From positions 496,001 through 525,282 of the forward strand of contig AP026176.1 of NCBI GenBank assembly GCA_030295235.1: a stretch of DNA of 29,282 nt. Reading direction: 5' to 3'. Shown in pieces: positions 1-10,900 of this stretch. The notes beneath the pieces are model-generated. The model searched no databases. It was not told where the DNA came from and saw only the letters and a list, made by a program, of their open reading frames with translations. The position numbers and the translations under genes are program-made. Each line of letters opens with the position of its first letter. The first letter of the stretch is position 1. This DNA comes from Fistulifera solaris. Its lineage: Eukaryota.

Positions 1-170
1 TTAAGGAATTTTATTGCTTCTTCAAGTGATCGCCGGCTTGCGTGTTTTCGAGTGGTCAGTGGTCAACAGCTGGAGTTTCGGGTCTGAAGAAATGAGTATG
101 ACGTCACGTTCGTTTCGAAAATGAACCATCTATGTGACATTCGACATTCCCATAATTTTTTATCTTTCGC

Positions 171-198
171 CTATCTGAATCCATCTATCTGAATCCGT
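171..198. repeat. 14-nt tandem duplication (ctatctgaatccRt x2) at the MFS 3' end
   Basis: ctatctgaatccat (171-184) followed by ctatctgaatccgt (185-198). Confidence 0.7.
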
Positions 199-2056
199 TA
201 CAACAAAAGACTAGACTCCTCCGCCATGTCTTCAGATGATGATTCGTTTACCTCCTCAGACAATTCGTGCAAAGCATTTGCTTCCTCCTAACCAGACGCG
301 AAGCGAGTAAGTGAGAAGCGGCACCTCGTCAAGGTTTTAAAGTGTCTGTCGAGCACGTACCGGAAGTTGCGACGCATAATAGACAGCAACAACATAAAAC
401 AGCGATGAAAACAGAAACATAGTCCCCGGCCCCCAAATTATACTCGTACCGTCTTGACTCCAACCATAAATTTGGCGCATCACCGTCGGACCCAAACCAG
501 ATGCGATTGCTTGTACAGAGTACAGAGCTCCTTGGATACGACCTTGCTCTGAATCCTTAACATTATTCGCTTTGATCGCACTGATAGTAGGAAAAGCCAT
601 CGATACACCCGATCCGATAGCAATGGCAACAAAAATGGTCGCTTTGTTTCTGGCCAGTCCGTACAATAAGTTATGAATAGTGCCCAATGCGAAACTGATC
701 ATGATGGTGTTCCGTTCCCCAGCTTTTCAATGATCGTCTTCAAACCGATACTCTGTACGAAAATTCCCAAGACGCCCATGATCAAGAACAGATTGGCAAT
801 GTCTTTATCGTTGAACGATAGCTGGCTCACGATATGAGAGAAACTTCATAAGACGCACCGAGTTTCCCAATATTCGACAACAAAATCAATTCTTGTTTCC
901 ACTTACGCGTTCTTGAATATAATACAACAAAAACGTTTGATCGCCCGCTGCCACCATTCCGCTGAAGAAAGCTAACGACGACAGTAATCGAAAGAGTGAA
1001 TTCCGATTCAATATACTGAGTTCCCATAGAGGTCGATACCACCAAGCCATGGATCGCTCCGCTCGTTGCAAGAGCGCTTGTGCTTTGGTATCTTCGGATA
1101 TCGTTTCGGGTAAAAGAACACCACGATACTCAATCCCCTAACAGTGTTACCAGAGACCATACCGAAACGTAAAAATGCCCAAACCACAAGGAAAATCGCG
1201 GCGCGAGAGCAAATCCACAAGAGAAACCCGCCAACAACATTCCAAAACTCGGTGCACGCCACTGCGGGGTAACACATCCGCCAAGGAGGAAAGGGCGACC
1301 GCAAACCAATTGACTTGAATCGCTCCGGCGGCATAGTAATAGAACGGCGACATGGTTTCGTGCAATTGAATCAATACCAAAATAGTGGGAGAAAGACACG
1401 ACAGAAGGAGGCCCGCTACTAAAATGGCTGCAATAATAGGCACAGAAAGTAAGATGATACGGAACAGAGCGCTCGGTTGCACTCAAGTCTTTCGAACTCA
1501 CGTTTCCTTCCGTATTCATCACTGAACGATCCTATTAGTGACGACGTAAAAAAGGTCAAAGCGTTCGAAATCAAACGTTCGTTCGCTACAGCTTGTTGGG
1601 CGTCGGCCGATGCAGCAAAGCAAGCCGGTGGCTTTTCATTCGCCTGAAACGAACTGCAAGTCACATTCCGCGGAAGATCATGAAGCAAATGAGCATATCG
1701 ATCCGTCATCACCGAAGGTACCTTCACAGAAACAAAAGATACGCGTGAGAAAGAACCAGCTTTTTAGAGCGCAAGGTAAGAAATATAATACGTACAACAC
1801 CAATCACGGAACCTAATCCGAGCGCTAGCAAAGTGATCAGAATAACGATTTGTGGACCGGCTCGACTTTCTCGAAACGCCTCAAAAAAGGAAGGCTTGTC
1901 GTCGCCGCTGCATTCGCTGTCGTTTCGCTCGATCAGAGGCATATGAATGTGATCTGCACCTGCGCTTCTACGCCGTAGTGTTTCGTCGTAATAAAGCTGA
2001 AGCTGCCTTTGATGTTGCTGACGTTGGGGTGAATCGTCTTCCGGGGCATTTTTCAA
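198..2056 (-). CDS. MFS transporter, HIAT1/MFSD14 (TetA-like) family, multi-exon; start uncertain (ATG at 1942 or upstream)
   Basis: ORF fragments join into an MFS protein: 'SLIGSFSDEYGRK' (motif A-like), 'WFAVALSSLADVLP', 'PTISAIKANNVKDSEQGRIQGALYSVQAIASGLGP'. Donor sites near 1795, 1501, 906 and 360; last intron 360-288 (GTACGT...TAG); last exon EEANALHELSEEVNESSSEDMAEESSLLL*. Confidence 0.85.
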
Positions 2057-2792
2057 GTATCTGAAATAGACAAGATTGCTACGAATTAAACACTTGAGTT
2101 ATCATCGAACTTTCAATGAATGAGTCAACTATTTGAGAACCCTCTCGATGTATGCAAGGATAATAGGAACAACAAAGAAGGTAAGGGAAAGGAAAACAGG
2201 GCATTCTCATTCTTTCTCAACGCGACAACACGTCTTCGTTCTTCGTCCAGTGATGTGGTGGGTCGCGGTCGCGGGTCGCCGAACATGTAGTTTACAAAGT
2301 ACAAGCCTCCTCGAGTCCGACTCAAAGCAGGTTCAGTCCCGTCAGTTTTGATCTCGTAGCTCTAAGCTTTCTACGAACTGTTTATCAAAGATCACTAGAA
2401 AAAATAGACTGATGCTTTGATAGCTGCTCAAATAAAGTGAGGAGTCTTCCAGCGTCGAGTGCCTTTCATCCTTCACGATTTCACGAGAGAATATCCAAAA
2501 TCACTATGCTTATCAGTGTAGGTTACCTTTTTCTCCGACTGAACTCAACTACAGTCCCGCCAGCTTCCACCCGCATTTTCAATGTAAAGTTTGCTTGTCT
2601 TGCTTGTTCTTTGCCCTTCTTGCTCCTTCCAGACTTGTCGTTTGAAACCTGAAGCAATCGATTGAGTAAGCGACGACCTAGACTATGGAGAACAACAAAA
2701 TAACATGAAGTATTCACTCCCTAAATCGACTTTGACTAGAGACCTAGAGATTTTACCGGACAGACAAGAGGTATACCGTATGGACAAGCCCT

Positions 2793-3261
2793 GGGGAAAA
2801 GATAGAGTACCTTTCACGTGATTTTGCCGTAGTGGGAAAAGTTACAGACGCCTCAAAATGCGACGATTTTTGTGTAGTCTGCCGACGTCCGTTTTTTTCT
2901 GAAAAACTTTTTATCACTTAACATCGCGGCAAAATAGCCAACTTTAGTCTGGAATATAATAATGAAAGTTTCAACCAACTTCGCGCCGGCTATTCAAAAT
3001 GATTTAAAATTATAATAAAAGATAATTGAATTGTCGGCGCAAAGTTGGATCAAAGTTTCATCAATATTTTGACAATCTAATATCGTCTTTTATCACGACG
3101 TAACGCTTGGGAGACACGGGAACGCACCTCTGCTTGGTACATTTTTCTACGGGGGCCTACGTGAGTGTACACTTTTTCCCGAACCTTCCTGAATGTTTTT
3201 CATGAAAAAGAGGCGGCAGCATAGTACACAAAAATATATAGTAATGGTATAATGAGGCGTC
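2793..3261. mobile_element. Degenerate AT-rich inverted-repeat element, possibly a MITE/foldback or non-autonomous DNA transposon relic
   Basis: Three inverted pairs: 2975-2997 ccaacttcgcgccggctattcaa / 3026-3048 (20 of 23 match, extending outward with decay); ~2847-2906 / 3196-3261; ~2794-2845 / 3137-3180 (gggaaaa...ttttccc). No ORF and no clear TSD. Confidence 0.45.
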
Positions 3262-3264
3262 CGA

Positions 3265-3280
3265 ATGTCGTATACGACAT
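3265..3280. repeat. Perfect 16-bp palindrome atgtcgtatacgacat
   Basis: Self-complementary; flanked by ccga/cgg, extending the stem with one bulge (3261-3283). Confidence 0.85.
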
Positions 3281-3777
3281 CGGCTACTTATCTAAAACTG
3301 TAGAGAGTAGAGAAAAACACAAGTGAATACCGCATACAAGCACAAGACTACTTAATAATCGATATAGCTGTTTACATAAGAATGATAAATATCTAGATTT
3401 GTATACTGCATAAAATCGCCAGCCGTGCTCGTCTTTCCAACAAAATCAAAAGAAAAACGTTTGCGTCGATCTTTTGACATGCAACGGCGGCTAACTTATT
3501 GACTGAGAAAATTGATTGCATCAGAGTTTTATGAATGTAAAAGGATGACAGAAAATATGTTATCACCTTCTCCTGATTACGCACCATCGCATGATGTCCG
3601 CAGTTCCGTATCCGGTCTAGTGCCAATCGGCAATATGTTCAGCCCGATTCCTTGTAGTGTCGCGCAAGACAAAGAGCTAAAACTCCCCAACAATCTCCTT
3701 TCAGCAAGACAGATCAACAATATATGCTGCAGGGAAGGATATTCGACAATGTTCCGGATTTAAATTGCGGGCTGAAA

Positions 3778-5195
3778 ATGGAACGAGTTATTGTTGAAAC
3801 GGTCGATGAAGAAAGTGTTGGGTTTGTCGACTGCTGTGTAGCAACACCCGCTGAGCACGTTAGCGAAGATCGAATCTCCGAAGACTCTCAGAATGACGCA
3901 CCAGTAAATTCTCCGCGAGTACACCCTGATCTCCGTAACGACCAATGGAGTGCTTTGGGATCTATGAACGCGAGTCGACACCATGATGTACATGAGAAGC
4001 CGTCCACAGAGGTCAAGTTTGCTGATTTTAGCAGTCATGATGCGACAAACACTATGGAAAGTTCAACAAGTTCGATAGGCAATGGAAAGGGTTTAGCAGG
4101 TGAAGTCGAGGAGGAAGGCTTATTCGTTAAGGGCGACATCAACATGAGCACCGAATGCCAGGCAGAGGTAGCTACTCCGGTCGATCATGGGAAAATAAGT
4201 GACTCAGTCGAGCACGAAGGCGTGCATTGGGATATTGTAGAGAATGACGACGTTGAATGTCATAATGTTGAATTGCATCACCTCGACGGAGTGCAACTGA
4301 ACGACTCCTTTGCTTCGACCGGATCGAATCGCGAAGAAGAGATCCAGCAAGCTCAGTACGTTTTGGGAGCTACCAGTATGGCGTTCATGGATCGACTCCG
4401 AGGAGCTTCGCTACGTCGTAAAATGAATTTAGCTCGTAATCGCGATTCGCTTGTCAATAAAGAAAAGGCACAAAGAGAAGCCATCGCGGCCTTTGAGGCA
4501 GCCAAGACGTCCGTGGAGATTCGGCCAGAAATCAGTACAAACCACAAAGCCGACAAAGAGCCAACCGATAGCAACCAGTTCAAAGCCAGACCGTTGTCAA
4601 AAGCTATTTTGAAAAGCGGAGGAATAAGCGGAGTGCGCTTTGTCGAGAAGCGACCCGTAACGACTCCGTGCTCACCAATGCTGGGCTCGCGTCGCGGAAT
4701 CGGCAAGTTTGGAGCCAGCAACAACTAAGAGTAGTTCTGGCATCAATGAAGCAGACTCGTGCGTATTCAAAGCCCGACCCTGGCCACGAAGAAAGGTAGA
4801 ACATGCTGGCACCTATGGAGTTCCCAAAGTCGAGAAGCGACCTACAACAGTTCCTGAATCACCTTTGCTAGGACACCGAAGACGAAAAGCAGAACCAAAG
4901 GTCCTTCCCAAAAATGTGAATAAGCCCGATTTCAAAACAATATCCCTGCCTCCGAAACCAGTGAATAGACCCGTTCCTACAGCCAACAAGGAGAATGCTG
5001 AGACTTCGAGAGGTGCTCCTGACACACATATTGACGCCTATGTCCTCACAGCACTCTTCGAGCTTCCCAGCGGGCCGAATACGATACACAACGATGCGGA
5101 CGTGAGCAAAGAGACGCGTCCACAAGCGTCGAGAGAGTCTGGCCCAAGTCAAAGCTCTGCGAGAAGAATTGAATGTATTGCTTAGCAAAATGTGA
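3778..5195 (+). CDS. TPX2-like microtubule-associated protein (frameshifted in this assembly)
   Basis: Acidic disordered N-terminus, two repeats FKARP...G(V)xxVEKRPxTxPxSPxLG, and after frame correction YVPHSTLRASQRAEYD...LREELNVLLSKM*, resembling the TPX2 C-terminal domain. Confidence 0.65.
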
Positions 5196-5836
5196 GATTT
5201 TATAATAAGTTAGTGTGCCGGTAGCTTCCTCTTTCACGTTATTTCTTCCTCCGTTGAAAGTTGTGAAAGGTAAAAGATGATTCGAATGGGACCTTAGGGA
5301 GTAAAAGAAGGTGTTTTGCTCTATAATATCGACTACGACTGATTTTGTAAATAATTGTAACAGCCCAAAATTAGGTTTCGTCACTTCGTCACTGCGTGTA
5401 TCGAACATAATGTTTGATGTACAGAAATACTTATAGAAAAGTAGCGTTTCGGTATTGAAGATCTCCGCTGTCGCCGCACTTTGGCTTCTTTTGTTTCTTA
5501 CGGACTGAGTAAAACAGAAACCCATAATGGACTGTAGCCTTTTCAGTGCTCGAGTGGCATTGGCTTGAACTTCAAGGTGGCATCGTATGGAATCCAAACA
5601 TAGCAATAGTGGAAAACGAGAACCACGGCCCAACCTCCCAAGAAGTTACATCACTGAAATTCCTTTGCCTTCCTCCGAATGCCGTATGGGATACTCCGTA
5701 AACCGACCAGCTGTCACTGCGGAGAAAGCGCACGTAAGATAGGCCTCTCGCTGTGCACGGAACGCTCTCTTCTCAAGTGTTCCTCTTATCGTTGCAACAA
5801 TCCAGCTTTTGTATCTTTCTCTACTTTTTTAAAAGA

Positions 5837-7961
5837 ATGAATGAAACCAACAACATGAATAATCCTGAGGATGATGATTCAAAGATGACTAGCACTCCAA
5901 AAATGACGAGTTTCGTCAACGCAATTACACTCGACAAGATCTGTATCCGTTCAATTTACTGCAACAAGCGATTTGGGTGTTTGACGTCGAACGGAAAAGC
6001 ATGTGGTGGGCAAATGCGGCTTCGATACGAATGTGGAATGCGACCTCGTTAGAAAGTCTTCTCGAACGGGATTGTGCAACCGATATGAGTGAAGCGACGG
6101 AACGACAAATCAATAGTTATTTAGAAGGATTTCGTCGAGGGAATCCTTTACGGAACTGGTGCGTCTTGTTTTGTAAGGAGTTTGTTATTGCAATCGACTC
6201 TTTCTCTCTCATACACATTATCTTCTCTTAGTATACATTCTATCCCCTAGGAAAGTCAGTAACAGGAATTGTGCGAGTATCTGGAATATTAGCCGACGGA
6301 CGTTTGATGATGATGAATGAATTTGAGCCGATTGAAAAAATAGAAAAAAGAACAAAAGAATGCGAGACGAACTGAAATATTAAAACATATTCCCATTGCT
6401 ATCTGGCAATTTGAAAGTAATGGAAACATGATGGAGCAGAATCCCGAGTCATTAAAAGCCTTTGGGGTTCGACGATTGTCGGGCCTTCCTTTCTCGATCG
6501 ATTCATTGATCGCGAAGTAGGGCAACATACGCTCACACAAATTTTGAATCAACAAAGCTATTGCGTCGAAGCGTGTCTGCAAACATTAAAAGGACCGAGA
6601 TGGTTTTCGATTGAAGGTAGAATACATCGAGATCCGATTACATCCAGTAATGTTATCCTGTGTTCGGCTCGTGATACTACGGAAGTACGACAGGCGCGGA
6701 TTGAAGCCGAGCAAGCGGATTTGGAAAAGTCGGAGTTTTGGCCGTCATGGCGCATGAATTACGGACACCGTTGCATCAAGTGATCGGTTATACGGAACTT
6801 CTACAAGATACGCAACTATCACCAAGACAGGATGAGTACGTGCGCACGCTGGATGCTTCGGCCAAGTCGCTGATGACAATCATCAATGATTTGCTAGATT
6901 ACAGTAAGTTGGAAGCCGGCAAAATGAAATTTGAAACAATACCTTTCGATCCACGACACGTGGTTGGCGGTACATTGGCGGCGATTGCCGATTCGGCCGA
7001 ACGAAAAGGTTTGAAACTGGAAAGCTCCTTTTGCGACGATTTGCCCGTATCGGTGGCGGGTGATCCCACGCGCGTTCGACAAATTTTGCTCAATCTTGCT
7101 CATAATGCTGTCAAGTTCACCGCTAGAGGGAGTATTCAAATAGCTGTGCGAAAATCAGCAACGTCGGAAATTCGACAGGACGGCAAAACATGTCTCCGAT
7201 TTGAGGTAATAGACACTGGAATAGGACTCAGCGATGACTCCATGCGGAAACTCTTCACTAAATACCAGCAAGCCAACCCAGCGATTGCTCGCAACTTTGG
7301 AGGCACTGGATTGGGACTTTCAATATGTAAGCTCTTGGTGAACGCGATAGGAGGGCACATTGGCGTCGAAAGTAAGACAGGTCAGGGCAGTACATTTTGG
7401 TTTGAACTGCCCTTTGCGATCAACGACGCGAGCGGCAATATTAAGCCGCCGGTAGCAAAGCAATCAAAACCAGTCGATAAACAGCCGGCCAAATTAAAGA
7501 CTCACACAGGTCCTTCTCTCAAAGTGCTTGTTGCCGAAGATAATCTAGTGAACCAGAAACTGGCCAAGTCTCTCTTGCTTCGTTTGGGGCACGAAGTATT
7601 TCTCGTCGAAAACGGCTATGATGCAACACTCGAAGTGGATAGAAGGAAGTATGATTTGGTTTTGATGGATGTGCAAATGCCAGTCATGGGAGGAATGGAG
7701 GCTACGGCTTTAATTCGACAAAAGTATCCACGGTCGGAGTTGCCAATTGTTGGGTTAACAGCCGATTTTCGGAAAGCGGAACTTCAAAAGTACATTGATG
7801 CAGGAATGAACTATTGCGTGGGCAAGCCCATTCGGTTGAATGAACTGATGAGCACGATTTATAAAACTGTTCACGCCAACTCGGGCAAGGTGACAGACGA
7901 GGGTTGCGGTCTTTACGCGACCTTGCGCGTAATGTTTGAGATATTCCAAATATCTGTATAA
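5837..7961 (+). CDS. Hybrid sensor histidine kinase (PAS-like sensor, PAS/PAC, HisKA, HATPase_c, receiver); intron 6159-6231
   Basis: H-box AVMAHELRTPL, N-box QILLNLAHNAVKFT, G1 DTGIG, G2 GGTGLGL, receiver AEDN...LMDVQMP...KP; PAC-like 'VILCSARDTTE'; intron GTGCGT...CTTAG joins ...TEL to YTFYPLGK. Confidence 0.93.
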
Positions 7962-7985
7962 TTAGCTTACTAGGTCTAAAAAGAG

Positions 7986-10900
7986 TTACTTCCGTCGGCG
8001 CGGACGCACAATATCGAGTTCCTGGCATATAGACTCGAATATATCCTTCAGCATGTCTTTCATTTGTCTGCGTGATGCGAGAACGTAAGCATTTTGTTTT
8101 TATTATCAAAGACGTAGCCTTTCAAACGTACCTAGCTTTGTTCGCATATTCGGGCAATTGCTCTCGATTAAACAAGATGCAGTTGTTGAATACCATCATC
8201 AAGTCTTGCTGCAACTCCTGTATGGAACGGTAACGAGGAAGGCGCTCTTCTTCGATAGTCCGAAAGTCCATCGGTTCCTTGATCACGCTTTGGTAGCTCT
8301 CCGCAATGTCCGGATATTGTTCTACCACCGGTTCTTCGAACAATTTCTCCTCATCATAAAGTCGCTAGGGTGTCATAAAACAAGACAGGGTAAGCCCAAC
8401 CCGATCATCAAACATGTAAACAAAATCTTTACTTACCAAACGTTCCAGAATACCAAGGGACACCTGAGAGATAAATTTCAGACCAATATCAGGCCAAGGT
8501 TCTGCGACTGAATGTGTTTGCTCTGTGTTTACACTTTTAGATCTCGGATTCTTTATGCTTCTTCGCGCTTTTTGGGTGGCGGTGGTGTTTCCTCGTCCGA
8601 TGAGTCGTCTCCCCGTCTTGACATCTTTGCAGGACGTTTTCTCCCTTCGTCAGAATCGTTGACGCTGGCAGGGCTTTCTTCGACAGCGTGGCGATCTTTA
8701 GATCGTGTGGATCTTCGTGTACTAACTACTTCTTCCGTCGCCTCACTTTTACGTAAACCTGCCTTCCTCTTCACCCCTTGCGGGCTTTTACACCGGATTC
8801 CGAACCACTAGATTCGTCGCTTTCACTCTGATACGATTTATTCGCTCGAGCTCGATTTGAGCTTCTACGACTTGGTTCCACGACCGAATCCGACTCGTCC
8901 GACTCGCTGACTGCGTCTTCTTCGTCTTCGCTGCTTTGTGCATCGTCGTCGACAAAATCTTCTTCGTCCGACGAGTCTTTTGCTGTCTTTTACGTACACT
9001 CGCTCGAGCTCTGCCATGTGCGGTGCTTTCTGAAGAGTCCGAGTCGTCACTGGAATGTCCTCCATGTGCTTCGAAAGCATTGTCTGGCTCTACTCCATCG
9101 TTTCCGCCATAGTGTGAACCGGTCGACGATCGTTGAGCGCGTCGGGTATTTCTAGTTTGCGACGTAAGTTCCTGCACGTCTACATCGCCACTTCGGGACA
9201 AAGATCGCCTCGCTATACGTGCCGAGAGAGGACTGCTTTGGCCGTCTTCATGGGAAGCGTCGCTAATTCTCACCCTTTGCTCCGATCGCAAAGACTGTGA
9301 ACGGGCGACACGTGAACGGGAAGTGTTAGCCGATACATTGTGGTCGATATCTGAAGGCAGTTCAGCGTACGAGACAGGACCATCTCTAGACCGCGTTGAT
9401 CGATGGCTACTACCGACAGCTTGAGTATTTCGTTGCCTCCTTTGTCCCTCAACGGGAGTACGACTACGCTGAATGTCACGGTTTCGCCGTCCGCGGGATG
9501 ACATGTCATTATCCTCGTTATCACTGACGTCTACATCAGAAGGCTGATCTGCGTATGATACTTGTCCTCGACCAGGCCTGTTGAAACGACCGTGCAGATT
9601 ATGTGGTTGGGCTCTCGCCCTCGACTGTCGCATTGGAATCTCATTTCCGTCTGGTTGATGCTGGATGGCCTCTAAAACTCGCCGTGATTGCCTCATCGGT
9701 TGACTAGAAGCGCGCAACGTTCTATGAGTGCCCCGCGATTTTGAGCGCGCCCCTCTTCTTGCCAATCCACTTGCCAAGTCTTCCAGAGTCCTTTGTGCAT
9801 CTCCTGTTCTAATTCTAATCCTTCTAGACTGTCGGCGATTAGCGTCACCATCTAAATTTCTATCATTTTGATTACTGGCTGCCCGTGCGTGTCGAGGCGG
9901 AGGAAGGGCTTCCAAGGACGTTGAACGGGAACGCTGCCTGGAAGAAGTACGTCGAACAGGAGCTGTGCGCACTGAAGCTGCCTCCCCTAAGGTACCTAGC
10001 TCTCTAGTAGAACGACGGACATCAGTGACTGCAAGCGTCGCTGTTTCTGCAATAGGTTCTCCAGCAGCAGGCGGAATGTTTGGGACCTCAGTTTGAAATG
10101 CGCGATAGGCTTCCAACTCACTAGATGGAAGAAGAATTTCTTCAAATTGCGATAGCATTTCCCTTGCTGCGTCGGACAAATCATGAACTTCTCCGTTATA
10201 CTTGATGCAGTTTTCTTTGATTACTTTGACGTCTGCAACCACGCTAAAAGAGAACAGTAGTAATTCGACTCGAGTCTCTCAAGCATGAAATTCAAGCACA
10301 TCGGAACCTCCACTCGAGATTGATAGTCAGAAAACTGATGCTCGTTTACAGGATCTGCAAAAGCTGGGCCCATTTCCATTTCTTTGACAGCGCCGATAGC
10401 ATCGCGAGCCTTCTTCTTTTCCATTTCCGTCAGAACTGGGCGGTCTGGAGACACCGTCGAGTCGTCGCAAAGACTAAGCTCCCAAGGGCTAACACTATCC
10501 CTCTCACCGGTATTCCATACAATCGATACAGAGCGATAGCCGCTACCTTCTATTTGGCGTTCACCGTCATCGTCACTCTCTGTCACCGCGACGATTCGAC
10601 CCGGAAAAGGTGTCCACTCAGGATCATCGCGCCTACTTTCGTCCCTGTAGTAGACTTCGATTTCAATGTTTTCGCTGCCCGAAGCAATCGTCTCTTCCAA
10701 ACGCGCCAATCGCGATTGAAAGAGACTCAAGGGTAAATGTAATCAGCCTCCGAATTTTCGAACAGATTTAGCTAAATTGATATGCGTCAGTTAGACAAAG
10801 AACGGTCTCGAACAATTCGAGCGCCATTATCAACATACCTCAAACAGATGTGATTGCTCAGGTTCCGTAAATGTTGGACTTGGCCAACGAAAACGACGGT

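Noticed and set aside
2780..3195. Target-site duplication flanking GGGAAAA...TTTTCCC
   Set aside because: The flanks (caagccctg versus gaaccttcc) do not match convincingly, so no transposon superfamily is assigned.
2940..3400. Low-GC diatom-type centromere
   Set aside because: The AT-rich stretch is only a few hundred bp and is better explained by the inverted-repeat element; no independent evidence.
5046..5633. 195-aa minus-strand ORF and many other short antisense or overlapping ORFs
   Set aside because: Non-ATG starts, no recognisable motifs, and overlap with better-supported genes or AT-rich spacers.
5837..7961. Bacterial contamination or a prokaryotic two-component operon
   Set aside because: The gene has a GT-AG intron, sits among eukaryotic genes, and has no adjacent response regulator.
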